A stretch of 29,418 nt of DNA from an uncultured Chromatiaceae bacterium (GTDB taxonomy: Bacteria > Pseudomonadota > Gammaproteobacteria > Steroidobacterales > GCA-2729495). The DNA is taken from positions 1-29,418 of the forward strand of contig CAYGKB010000001.1 of the NCBI GenBank assembly GCA_964350425.1. Direction: 5' to 3'. The notes under the pieces were generated by a model. The model was not told the origin of the DNA, searched no databases, and was given only the letters and a program-made list of their open reading frames with translations. Of the stretch, positions 9,456 to 18,814 are shown one piece after another. The first letter of the stretch is position 1; every line of letters starts with the position of its first letter. The position numbers and the translations under genes are program-made.

Positions 9456-10310
9456 ATGCAATCAATCAAGGACCGCTTGCCCGCCTGGGTCAAAAAACCG
9501 CTCAAACACCTGGTCTGGAGGCAGCGCCTGGCCACGGCCGACGCCCGCGTTTTTCCTGACCTGATTGTAATCGGCGCGCAAAAAGCCGGCACCACCAGCC
9601 TGCATGCATGGCTGGCGCAACATCCGCAGATACTACCGCCTTTGGAAAAAGAAGTTCACTACTTTGACGGCGGCATCAGGGCGGGCAGCGACAATTTTGC
9701 GCGCGGACCGGACTGGTACCGTGCGCATTTTCCGCGCCGACAGACCGCTACCGGATCAATCAGTTTTGAAACCACGCCGATGTATCTGTTCCACCCGCTG
9801 GCGGCAGCACGAATCAAATCGCTGCTGCCCGCAGTAAAGCTGGTTGCGCTACTGCGAAATCCTGCCGAGCGCGCTGTCTCGCATTATTTTCATGCAGTGC
9901 GCAACGGTGGCGAAACCCTGGCGGCAGATGCCGCCTTTGCCGCCGAAGCACAGCGACTGGCCCCGGCACTCGCAGCCGGCGACTATGCGGCGCCGGAATT
10001 TGTGCGCCATTCCTACCAGGCACGCGGCCGCTACGCCGAACAACTGCGACGCTACTTCGATTGTTTCGCGCGCGAGCAGATACTGGTTCTGGACAGCGAG
10101 GGCCTGTTCGCGGCGCCGGACGAATACCTGCAGCGCATTTATGAATTTGCCGGCGTGGATAGCGGCTTCACGCCGCCCGACCTGCGACCGCGCAACGTTT
10201 CTGCGTCCCGGCAACCGGTAGACGATGCAGTGTACGCCGCACTCAACGAGTATTTCCGACCGCACAATCGCGAGTTGTTTGGCTTGCTGGGCGAATCTTT
10301 CGACTGGTAA
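9456..10310 (+). CDS. Sulfotransferase, heparan-sulfate 3-O-sulfotransferase-like domain
   Basis: PDLIVIGAQKAGTTSL, KEVHYFD, FETTPMY, LLRNPAERAVSHY, RGRYAEQL. Start moved to ATG 9456 because the track ORF extension is antisense to the 8740-9429 gene. Confidence 0.88.
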   Translation: MQSIKDRLPAWVKKPLKHLVWRQRLATADARVFPDLIVIGAQKAGTTSLHAWLAQHPQILPPLEKEVHYFDGGIRAGSDNFARGPDWYRAHFPRRQTATGSISFETTPMYLFHPLAAARIKSLLPAVKLVALLRNPAERAVSHYFHAVRNGGETLAADAAFAAEAQRLAPALAAGDYAAPEFVRHSYQARGRYAEQLRRYFDCFAREQILVLDSEGLFAAPDEYLQRIYEFAGVDSGFTPPDLRPRNVSASRQPVDDAVYAALNEYFRPHNRELFGLLGESFDW

Positions 10311-10314
10311 GACT

Positions 10315-11622
10315 TCAGCGCTGCGCGGCATCCGGATTCCAGAATGCCTGGCCGGACTGCGCTATAACCCTGTCAACCAGTTCCGGTTCAGCGCGATTGA
10401 CGAGGCTCCATAGCGTCGCAATCATGCCCTTGCCGCCCTGCTCCATCCCCGCCACGTAGCGGCTGAATGCCGCGATGTTGGCAGGCCGCTCGCGGGTCGA
10501 GCCAAGCACCTCATGGCCTGCCGCCGCAAAAGCTGCGGCAGTGGGAAAATCGGTGCCTTCATCCCAGTAGTGCCAGTCACAAATCACAATGTCGCGGGGC
10601 AGCTGTTCACGCAGTTCAGCATAGCCCTTGTTGCCATGCATATTGCGCCTGACCATGCCGGGAAACTCGTCATAGCGGATCAGCATGTCACCCCACATCC
10701 AGGTCCGGATAGATTGCCGGGCGAGAAAAGCCCTGATGTCGCGCACATGTTGCAGAAATAACTCCGGCGGCAGCATGGCTTCGCCGGCACGCGGCCATTT
10801 GCGACGCTGCGTCGCGCTCCACTTCGCCCGAGCCTTGCGCGGAAAAGCGCCCTCCACCTCGTCATGCCCGATATGAATGACGGTAGGCTGAATCAGTTCA
10901 ATAATCTCCTGCAAATGGGCATAGACCCGTCGCATGGTTTCGGGATTGCGCGGGTCATAGGTGGCATTGTTGAACATCAGCTCCGGCGCATCCTGCTTGA
11001 AAAAGCGATGCTGTTTGGTCAGCAACGGCAAATGCGGCACTACCTGCATACCGCTGGCGCGCGCATAGGCAACGGCAGCAGCGAAATCTGCAGGCGACAT
11101 TGCATTCGGCAGGGGCGTTATACCGGCAGCAGCAAAGGCAACATCGTCACCGACATACAGCAGCAGCGTATTCATGCGGGCCAGCCGTGCTTTGTCGATC
11201 AGGCCCTGCAAACGCGCCGGCGTCATCTTGCGCATCATCAGGTGCAGGGCGCGCACCGACAGTGCGGCGCGCTCACGCTGCTGCCCCGCCGTCAGCCTGC
11301 CGTCGGAGCGCGCCAGCCGCTGCGCCAGGCTATCGGCGGCATACAGCGCTGCCGCCCGCGTATTGGCGCGAATGCTGACCGCCGCGGGGCCAACCAGAAT
11401 TACAAATTCGTCGTATTCAGCTCCGTTACCGAAATCCGGATCAATATCGATCTGCACCGGGGGAATATTCTCACGAGCGATAGCCGCAAAAGGGCTGGTA
11501 ATGCCCGTATACAACTCATCCAGACTCATTGCCGGGAGTCCGGCGGCGTACCCGAGCGCAAGCGCGGCTGCGAGCGCCTGCCCGACCCGGTTCCAAACAC
11601 GATTACGATAGGCAACACGCAC
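10315..11622 (-). CDS. Secreted family 20 glycoside hydrolase (beta-N-acetylhexosaminidase-like)
   Basis: Signal peptide; GH20b-like segment (EFVILVG..VSIRANTRAAALYAADSL); IHIGHDE with the catalytic Asp-Glu pair; MWGDML; DWHY. Confidence 0.82.
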   Translation of the reverse strand: MRVAYRNRVWNRVGQALAAALALGYAAGLPAMSLDELYTGITSPFAAIARENIPPVQIDIDPDFGNGAEYDEFVILVGPAAVSIRANTRAAALYAADSLAQRLARSDGRLTAGQQRERAALSVRALHLMMRKMTPARLQGLIDKARLARMNTLLLYVGDDVAFAAAGITPLPNAMSPADFAAAVAYARASGMQVVPHLPLLTKQHRFFKQDAPELMFNNATYDPRNPETMRRVYAHLQEIIELIQPTVIHIGHDEVEGAFPRKARAKWSATQRRKWPRAGEAMLPPELFLQHVRDIRAFLARQSIRTWMWGDMLIRYDEFPGMVRRNMHGNKGYAELREQLPRDIVICDWHYWDEGTDFPTAAAFAAAGHEVLGSTRERPANIAAFSRYVAGMEQGGKGMIATLWSLVNRAEPELVDRVIAQSGQAFWNPDAAQR

Positions 11623-11672
11623 GTCAGTACCTAAAATGGCGAATTCCTTCAGACCACAGAGTATGCATTAAT

Positions 11673-12581
11673 ATGACCGTCAGGCTGCCAAACCTGATTC
11701 TGCTGGGCGCGCAAAAAAGCGGTTCCACCGCAGTCTATGACTGGCTGTCCCAGCATCCCGACATTTTCGGCAACCCGGCCATGAAGGACTTTCCGTTTTT
11801 CTGCGACCCGCGTTACTACGAGCGCGGGCCCGACTGGTTTGCGGAGCATTTTCGTGGCCAGCACGCTGAAAGTTATATCCTGCACGGCTATGTGCACTAT
11901 TTATTTCTTGGTAGTGAGATTGCGCAGCGGCTGCATAAGTTCAACCCTGAACTGCGGCTGATCGTATTGTTGCGCAATCCGGTCGAACGGGCATTTTCCG
12001 GCTGGCTGCAGGCCTGTAAAACCGGCCATGAGACAGACAGCGTATTTGCATCCGCGCTGCAGCCGGACCGCAATGATCAGCTGCATAGCCTGCACGACCG
12101 AGTGTATCGCAGCTACCTGAGCCACGGTCTTTACGGAAAGCAACTGCAACAATACCTGCGGGTTTTTCCGCGCGAGCAAATTCACATTGAACTGTATGAA
12201 TCGGTGCAACAAAACCCTGCTGCCCTGTGTGAGCGGCTGTTCACGTTTCTTGGCATTGATCACGGCTTCCGGCCCAGACTGAGCGAGAAAAACGTTTATG
12301 GGAAACCGCGGTTTGCAGCGATCGAAAAACTTATCCAGCGTGGTATACCATCGGCACTGCTGCACAAGCTGATACCGCTTACAGTCCGCAGCAAACTGCG
12401 GCAGCGGGCGCGTGCACTGAACACGGTTGCAGTGGCGAAACCCGCGCTGGACCCGACAACCCGCAGTGAACTGCAGAGTTATTATGCGACTGACGTTGCG
12501 TTACTGCAGGAACTCACCGGTCTGGATCTGCAGCACTGGTTGCGCCCTGCTCCCGCCGGTGAACTTCCGCCAGCACCATAG
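11673..12581 (+). CDS. Sulfotransferase, second heparan-sulfate-sulfotransferase-like domain
   Basis: PNLILLGAQKSGSTA, LLRNPVERAFS, GLYGKQLQQYLRVFPREQI. Start taken at ATG 11673. Confidence 0.88.
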   Translation: MTVRLPNLILLGAQKSGSTAVYDWLSQHPDIFGNPAMKDFPFFCDPRYYERGPDWFAEHFRGQHAESYILHGYVHYLFLGSEIAQRLHKFNPELRLIVLLRNPVERAFSGWLQACKTGHETDSVFASALQPDRNDQLHSLHDRVYRSYLSHGLYGKQLQQYLRVFPREQIHIELYESVQQNPAALCERLFTFLGIDHGFRPRLSEKNVYGKPRFAAIEKLIQRGIPSALLHKLIPLTVRSKLRQRARALNTVAVAKPALDPTTRSELQSYYATDVALLQELTGLDLQHWLRPAPAGELPPAP

Positions 12582-13878
12582 CCAGGCCGGCAAACAGAAA
12601 CAGGTACATGCGCACGTAGGACAGCGTCAGCAGCAGCGCCAGCAACACCACCACCGCCAAAGACAGGCGCAATGCCTGGGCCAGTCGGACATCGGCCGAA
12701 TTTGGCGAGGTCAGCTTGACCGGGCCGAGCAGGCGCACAGTAGCCACCAGAAACGTAATAAATGCCAGCAGGGAAACTGCCCCGCCCTCCAGCGCCAGCC
12801 GGAGATAAAACGGATCCAGCGCGCCCAGTTCCAGCGTCTCAACGATGTTGCGCGCGTAACCGAAACCGAACAATGGCGCCTCCAGCAGCAGCAGCGGCAC
12901 CGATACATAGGCGCTAAGGCGCGCTTCGGTGCTGCGGGCATACGCATCGCCGAACAGTAGTTCGCGGAGTAATTCGTCGGCAAACAATCCGAGCAGAGCC
13001 GCCCCGGCAACCGCGCCACAAATGGCGACCAGCAGCCGGCCGGTGGTTGCCATATCGCGTGTAAGCCACCGGTAGCCAAACCAGGCAAATATCAGCAGGA
13101 CGATACCCAGCGCCGCGCGTGAACCAGAGAATATTGCCGTCGGCAGTGCCAGCAATAGCGATGCCCCGGCCAGCACCCGCACCAGCAGAGTGCCGGCATT
13201 CGTTGCCAGATACCCCACCAGTGGCAACGCCATACCGAGCAGCGCAGTCAGCTTGAGCGGGTTGTCAAACACCCCCATGGCGCGAAAGCTGGCATCGCGA
13301 ATGCGGCCGGCCACCACCGCGTCGCCGCGGCCGCCAACTTCATAACGCAGGCTCAGGTCAGCGGGAAATACCGTTTCCTGGGCAAGATACTCGTACACCG
13401 ACACAAGCTGATTGAACAGCAACGACGCCATTACCAGCCCCAGCACTATGATGATCTGCGAGCGGGTGCGCACGTAGGTAACCGCCAGCAACACAATAAA
13501 CAGGCTGATGAGGCTCTCGCTGATGAGCTGGCCCGCGACGCTCAGATCGAGCCGGCCGGTCAACAGATTGCCCACCAGTCGCGCCAGCAAATAAACCAGC
13601 AAAGCGGCAAGCGCCAGCCGATAACGCTGCAGCAGCTCCCAGCCCTGCCGCACTTCGGCTGAACCCCATAGCGCGCGTGCCAGGTACATTGCCAGCAGCA
13701 GAAACAGCATGGCTCTTTGCATGGTCAGCGCGAATCCGTCTTCGGCAAAACCCATGGCAAAAAAACGCGGGTAAATACCGTAGAACAGGATGGCAACAAA
13801 AAACGCTGCACGCATATCGAAAAACAACAGAACCGCGAAGGCCAGCAGCGTCACAGCGAATAGCAGAGTAATTTCCAT
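12514..13878 (-). CDS. O-antigen ligase/polymerase (Wzy_C-like) family membrane protein
   Basis: About 11-12 TM segments; RAMGVFDNPL, SGSRAA, STEARL, PLFGFGY, DPFYLRLALEGG. Start taken at ATG 13878, 13 nt downstream of the flippase stop. Confidence 0.78.
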   Translation of the reverse strand: MEITLLFAVTLLAFAVLLFFDMRAAFFVAILFYGIYPRFFAMGFAEDGFALTMQRAMLFLLLAMYLARALWGSAEVRQGWELLQRYRLALAALLVYLLARLVGNLLTGRLDLSVAGQLISESLISLFIVLLAVTYVRTRSQIIIVLGLVMASLLFNQLVSVYEYLAQETVFPADLSLRYEVGGRGDAVVAGRIRDASFRAMGVFDNPLKLTALLGMALPLVGYLATNAGTLLVRVLAGASLLLALPTAIFSGSRAALGIVLLIFAWFGYRWLTRDMATTGRLLVAICGAVAGAALLGLFADELLRELLFGDAYARSTEARLSAYVSVPLLLLEAPLFGFGYARNIVETLELGALDPFYLRLALEGGAVSLLAFITFLVATVRLLGPVKLTSPNSADVRLAQALRLSLAVVVLLALLLTLSYVRMYLFLFAGLAMVLAEVHRREQGATSAADPDR

Positions 13879-13891
13879 TTCTTGCCGCCGG

Positions 13892-15181
13892 CTATTTCTG
13901 CGCGCTGCCCAACAGCGGCAATACACCCAGGCGGCGCCATACCAGCAGCGCCGCGACAAGATTGTTTACGACCAGACCCGCCGTAGCGGCAATCGCCGCA
14001 CCCACATCCTGCCATGGCGGAATGAGCGCAAAGCAGAGCACCAGAATGACAATGCCGCCGGCCGCGCTCGCCCGGCGATGATCCTGCTCGTGTCCGGTCA
14101 TGATCAGCATGGAACGCACCGGACCGGTTAGCGCATTGAACAATTGTCCGCCCGCGAGAATCACCAGCAGCAGACCCGCAGCGGTGAATTCACTGCCGAA
14201 CAGACCGAGCAGCAACTCAGGTGCCACAAACAATGCCACCGCAACAGGGACCGACACAGCCAGCATTAGCAGAGTCGCCTGTTGCGCCAGCCGAAAAAAT
14301 CCGCCGCGCTGGTCTTTGGCCCACAACGCCGCCATCTTTGGCGCCAGCATCCGGTTTACCGGCACGGTTGCAAAAACCACCAGCGCGGCCAGACGATTGG
14401 CGGCCGCGAACAAACCGATGCTGGCCGCTGTGCTCCACATGCCCAGAAATATAACCGGTGCCCACGGCTGAATGATCTTGTTTATCAGGTCTGAAGCTGC
14501 CAGTGAGCGGGCGCTGCGCAATAGCGGCGCGAAATCGTAATCGCCCTGCGACACCGGCCGGTAACTGCTGGCACTGCGCTGCCAGAACACGCTGACCAGC
14601 AGTACCACCCATGCGCCGGCTGCATAGGCCTGAATCACGGCAGCAAGACTCCAGCCGGATACCAGCAGAAAAACCCCCGTCATGAGCAGCGGCAGCAGCC
14701 CGGTCTGCACCAGCACAGCCGCGCCAACGTGCTTTTCTGCCTGCAGGAATTGGCCATGCAGCATGAAAAGCGCCAGCGGCACCAGCACGAATATCATACC
14801 GCGCAGACTGGCGGTCAGTTCTGGCTTGTCAAAAACCGCCATTGCCAGCGACTGCGCACCGCCATAAAGCAGCGCAGCTATCAGCAAGGCCGCCGCCAGC
14901 ACGAAGGCAACCGCGCGCAGGTAAATCATCCCGGCAGCCTGGCGCTCGTCATGCGCCAGATGCGCTGCGACGAATCGCACAACCGTGCCATCCAGACCGG
15001 CGCGGCTAAGGACCGCCGCCACGGTCACCAGCGCCAGCGCAAGGTAAAACAATCCGGAGTCCGCCGCGCCCAGCAGCCGCGCGAGCATAACGCCAAAAGC
15101 GAAAACTCCCAGCGCCGCCGTTATGCGCGCGATCAGTCCGCCGACCGCGCCCCGCAACAACTCAATAAAGTGACTGTCCAA
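13892..15181 (-). CDS. Wzx-type oligosaccharide flippase (MOP superfamily)
   Basis: LARLLGAADSGLFYLAL, GLDGTVVRF, IGLFAAANR, ELLLGLFGSEF, LIPPWQDVGAAIAT; about 12 TM; TTG start. Confidence 0.9.
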   Translation of the reverse strand: MDSHFIELLRGAVGGLIARITAALGVFAFGVMLARLLGAADSGLFYLALALVTVAAVLSRAGLDGTVVRFVAAHLAHDERQAAGMIYLRAVAFVLAAALLIAALLYGGAQSLAMAVFDKPELTASLRGMIFVLVPLALFMLHGQFLQAEKHVGAAVLVQTGLLPLLMTGVFLLVSGWSLAAVIQAYAAGAWVVLLVSVFWQRSASSYRPVSQGDYDFAPLLRSARSLAASDLINKIIQPWAPVIFLGMWSTAASIGLFAAANRLAALVVFATVPVNRMLAPKMAALWAKDQRGGFFRLAQQATLLMLAVSVPVAVALFVAPELLLGLFGSEFTAAGLLLVILAGGQLFNALTGPVRSMLIMTGHEQDHRRASAAGGIVILVLCFALIPPWQDVGAAIAATAGLVVNNLVAALLVWRRLGVLPLLGSAQK

Positions 15182-15210
15182 ATCAGCGACTGCGATTCAG
15201 CGACAGTTGT

Positions 15211-16128
15211 TCAGCGACTACTGGTGTCGCCCAATGCATCCGTCCGCAAGCGCCGGACAGCGAACAACAAAAAGCTGGCAAATACGCCCAGGATAAGACC
15301 GATAAGAAAACCGATAAACACCATGAACGAACGGTTTGGGCGGATATAGTGGTCCGCATCCGGCGCGACGGCCTCACTGAGCACCTTGAGCGCATATTCC
15401 TCACGCACGTTGGCAACGGTACGCGAATTGATCTGGTTTTCGATCATAAAAAATATCGCCTGCCGCACTTCAACAATGCGGGCCTTTTCGAGTTCCTTAT
15501 TGAGATATTCAATGGTCCGGTTGGCCTCTTCAATCGCAACGCTGCGCAGGCGTTCATTGAGCATGGCTATGAGTGAATTTACCCAGGCCGCGGCCTGCTC
15601 GCGATCATGCCATTCGATAGCGACTGTTATGATTCCGGGCGATGCCTTGTTTTCGGTGACACTGAGCAGCTCCTCACGAAAAAACACATAAGCATCTTCG
15701 TCGGTAGGTATCTCGGCCGCATCCTCGACCAGCCACTCCTGATTCTCTGCATCCCAAAGCTTGGCAAACAACAGCGGCTTAAGACTGCCAGTGTTAATGA
15801 AGTCGATCAGAAAAGTCGGCGAACGCAGGGTCACCAGACTTTCTGTCAACGTATCACGTTGCGAAAATCTGCCGATAGAACCCATGCCCGGCACCGCCGA
15901 AAATCGATTGATCAGGGAGGACAAATCACCGCCGCCGGCAGCACTATCGGCTGCCGCCGCTACCTGCGCTTCGGCCCGGTAAACCGGGGTAGCAAGCAAC
16001 GCCGCCACAACGGCGAGCACCGTGCAGAAAATCCAGATGCCGACCAGCAGCACCCGGTATTGTTTGAGTACGACGATGATATCGCCGGGCGTAAGTTCTG
16101 CTGGATTGCTGTCTGTCCGGGCATTCAT
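15211..16128 (-). CDS. Wzz/FepE-type chain-length determinant (OtnB-like polysaccharide co-polymerase)
   Basis: TM followed by TPVYRAEA, a coiled-coil region, and C-terminal P-N-R + TM with GLILG. No tyrosine-kinase domain. ATG 16128 (TTG 16134 possible). Confidence 0.88.
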   Translation of the reverse strand: MNARTDSNPAELTPGDIIVVLKQYRVLLVGIWIFCTVLAVVAALLATPVYRAEAQVAAAADSAAGGGDLSSLINRFSAVPGMGSIGRFSQRDTLTESLVTLRSPTFLIDFINTGSLKPLLFAKLWDAENQEWLVEDAAEIPTDEDAYVFFREELLSVTENKASPGIITVAIEWHDREQAAAWVNSLIAMLNERLRSVAIEEANRTIEYLNKELEKARIVEVRQAIFFMIENQINSRTVANVREEYALKVLSEAVAPDADHYIRPNRSFMVFIGFLIGLILGVFASFLLFAVRRLRTDALGDTSSR

Positions 16129-16146
16129 GTTCAACTTACAGCCCTG

Positions 16147-18729
16147 CTAGTTGGAAATGCCGTTGATAGCCGCGACTGCAACCGCAGTGTTGTAGGCGAT
16201 CTTGGTGATACTGGCCCATGACTGCAGCCGGAAGCCGCGTTGCGTGTCCAGCGGCACCACGATGGTATCGCCGGGTTGAATTCTGGTTTTGCCGCCGCCC
16301 CAGCGGCTGCCGGAAGCCAGTACCGCGCCATTGGCGCGCACTACATAAATGCCTTTCTTGGATGCATTGGGCGCCAGGCCGCCGCTGCGGTCAATGTAAT
16401 CCTGCCGGCTGAGTTTTTCCGCATACAGGTGCGAGGTGGCAAACTGCACTTCACCAATAACCGTAACGGCCTGAGTTCGTCTCGGTACCAGCAACTGGTC
16501 GCCATCCTTGAGCAAGACATCGGCGGCCGCGCCGTCAGGCGCCAGCAAGGCCGGCAGATCTATCACCAGGCGGCCGGTCGCATCGACGGAGTTCAGTGAG
16601 GCCAGCAGCGCCGTGCCGACACTCTTGGCGTCCACTACTGAAGTGTCTTCCAGCGTGGTGGCAGCCTGCAACGAAATCGAGGCAATGTCGCTGCGCAGCC
16701 GCTCGCGCAAAGTAGCAAGTTGCTGCTGTTCCCGCAGGCGCAATTCCTCGCGCAGGAACACACTGCCTTCCGGAAAAGCATGATCGGTAAGCCCGCCTGC
16801 CCGCGCCAGCACGGAACTGAGCGTCTCCCCCTGGCGCACTGTATAAGTGCCGGGATAACGCACTTCGCCTTCCAGGGTGATCGCCATTTCGTTGGCCCAG
16901 TCCTGAATCCGCCGCACCGTCAGAAAATCGCCGGGTTGCAGCAGCACATCCGCGTCGCTGTCACCGTTGAGAATCTGCGCAAGATTGACTTCAAACAGCT
17001 CGGAGGTGCGCGTCTGTTCACCCACCACGACATAGCGGGTCAGCTCCGCGGCATTCTTGTAGGCGCTCTCCCGGAGCGAGCCGCCGGCCCGCAACAGATC
17101 GCTGACACGCATGCCGGTTTCAAACGGGTACTCGCCGGGGACGCGGACTTCGCCCTTGACGGTAACGCGCTCAAACGGCATATCAACGTCGGCCTGGCGG
17201 CCTAATTCCTCCAGCAACGCCGCGACGACCACTGAACGGCTGGAGACATTTTCCGGGTCGTCATTGAGTGAAAAAACGTACACGCGATCGCGTGCCTGCA
17301 GGGCGATGTTTTCCGCAGCAGCGGGATTCCGCAAAGCTTCATCCAGGTTAGCCGAAATTACCTGCACGCGTTTTTCCGGCCATGTTTCACGCCGGATCAG
17401 CACATACTCCAGGTCAGCCTGTGGCTGCAGCACGTCAAGGCTCTGCACCAGGTCAGACAGGCGCATGCCATCAAACCATTCGAAATTGCCGGGCCGCTTG
17501 ACATGACCGACCAGGCTCAGGCCGTCGGTAAATTCCTGCAATACCGGCGGCACCAGCAAAATATCGCCGGCCTGCACACGCTGACTGCGGCCGGCATCAG
17601 TCTGCAGATTCAGGGCGAGGAACGAACGTTGCCATTTGCTGTCAATGCGCTCCAGCCTGGCACCTTCAGGATACGCGTCGGCGCGCAGCCCGCCGGCCAG
17701 CCGCAACATTTCCGCTGCCGTGGTCGGGGATTCCAGTTCATAAATGGCCGGTCGTTTGACGAATCCTCCGACCCCTACGGTGGTACCCACCGGCGGAATA
17801 AAAATCACATCGCCGCTTTCGAGACGGCGGTCATTGCGTGCATCGCCTCTCAGCAGGAGGTCATACAAGTCCAGCGTAGCGATCACTCGTCCGTCGCGCT
17901 TAAGCTGAATTTTGCGCAGCGAACCAACTTCGCTGACACCGCCGCTGACAAACAGCGCATTGGTAATTGTTGACAGCCCGCTGACGGTATAGGAACCGGG
18001 CCGCTTGGCATCGCCGGTCACGACTATATTCACGGAACGCAGCGACCCCATAGTGACTGCGGCACTGGTGCCAATCAGCTGTTCGGAAACCCGATCCAGA
18101 ATATCCTGCTTGAGCTCCTGGAAGCTGCGCCCCATGACATTGATCGGGCCGATGTTAGGGAAATTAATGGTGCCGTCACGATTCACCACCAGGCTGTATT
18201 GACGGTTTTCCTTGCCGAACAACTGCACATCCAGCGTGTCGCCGGGGCCCATTCGATATTCATTGGGCACCGGAATATCCGTTGCCGGCGCAAAGGTCGT
18301 GGGCGCGCCCTCGAACAGGTCATAGCCGAAAGGCTGCAGCCGGATATCGCGCTCAAAAAACGGCAGTTCGCTGTTCAGCCAGTCATCCGAAGCGGCCGTC
18401 AATTCGGCTAACTGCTCGGCACTGATTACCACCGGTTGACCGGCGGCATCGAGTACCGCATTGCCTTCCGCATCAAACAGCGGAATATCCGCGACCTCGT
18501 CCTCGTCTTCCTCGGCAATCAGGAGTTCCGGAAACACCGGCGCAACCTGTGATTGCCTTGCACCGGGATTCATCAGGCCGTTCAGCAGAGCGTCGCGCTC
18601 GGCCGGCGACATCCGCTGCAGCAGATTAAGCTGCACCGGATCCAGTTCAGCGGGTGACTGCGCCGAAACCGGCGCGGCGATACAAAACAGTAGCAAAGCG
18701 ACCGAAATTAGTCGGAAATTCAAAATCAT
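16147..18729 (-). CDS. Polysaccharide export protein with Poly_export and multiple SLBB domains (Wza/KpsD/OtnA-like)
   Basis: Signal peptide; PFGYDLF, YRMGPGDTLDVQLFG, repeated GxVxxPGxY SLBB starts; C-terminal IQPGDTIVVP and WASITKIAYNTAVAVAAI. Confidence 0.92.
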   Translation of the reverse strand: MILNFRLISVALLLFCIAAPVSAQSPAELDPVQLNLLQRMSPAERDALLNGLMNPGARQSQVAPVFPELLIAEEDEDEVADIPLFDAEGNAVLDAAGQPVVISAEQLAELTAASDDWLNSELPFFERDIRLQPFGYDLFEGAPTTFAPATDIPVPNEYRMGPGDTLDVQLFGKENRQYSLVVNRDGTINFPNIGPINVMGRSFQELKQDILDRVSEQLIGTSAAVTMGSLRSVNIVVTGDAKRPGSYTVSGLSTITNALFVSGGVSEVGSLRKIQLKRDGRVIATLDLYDLLLRGDARNDRRLESGDVIFIPPVGTTVGVGGFVKRPAIYELESPTTAAEMLRLAGGLRADAYPEGARLERIDSKWQRSFLALNLQTDAGRSQRVQAGDILLVPPVLQEFTDGLSLVGHVKRPGNFEWFDGMRLSDLVQSLDVLQPQADLEYVLIRRETWPEKRVQVISANLDEALRNPAAAENIALQARDRVYVFSLNDDPENVSSRSVVVAALLEELGRQADVDMPFERVTVKGEVRVPGEYPFETGMRVSDLLRAGGSLRESAYKNAAELTRYVVVGEQTRTSELFEVNLAQILNGDSDADVLLQPGDFLTVRRIQDWANEMAITLEGEVRYPGTYTVRQGETLSSVLARAGGLTDHAFPEGSVFLREELRLREQQQLATLRERLRSDIASISLQAATTLEDTSVVDAKSVGTALLASLNSVDATGRLVIDLPALLAPDGAAADVLLKDGDQLLVPRRTQAVTVIGEVQFATSHLYAEKLSRQDYIDRSGGLAPNASKKGIYVVRANGAVLASGSRWGGGKTRIQPGDTIVVPLDTQRGFRLQSWASITKIAYNTAVAVAAINGISN

Positions 18730-18814
18730 GCGTGCTGTGACCTGGCGTGGAATCGAAAGTTTCTTGTTCTTGTTCGCGCGTTAATGCGGCGCCGGCGCAG
18801 CCCGCTTTCTCCCG

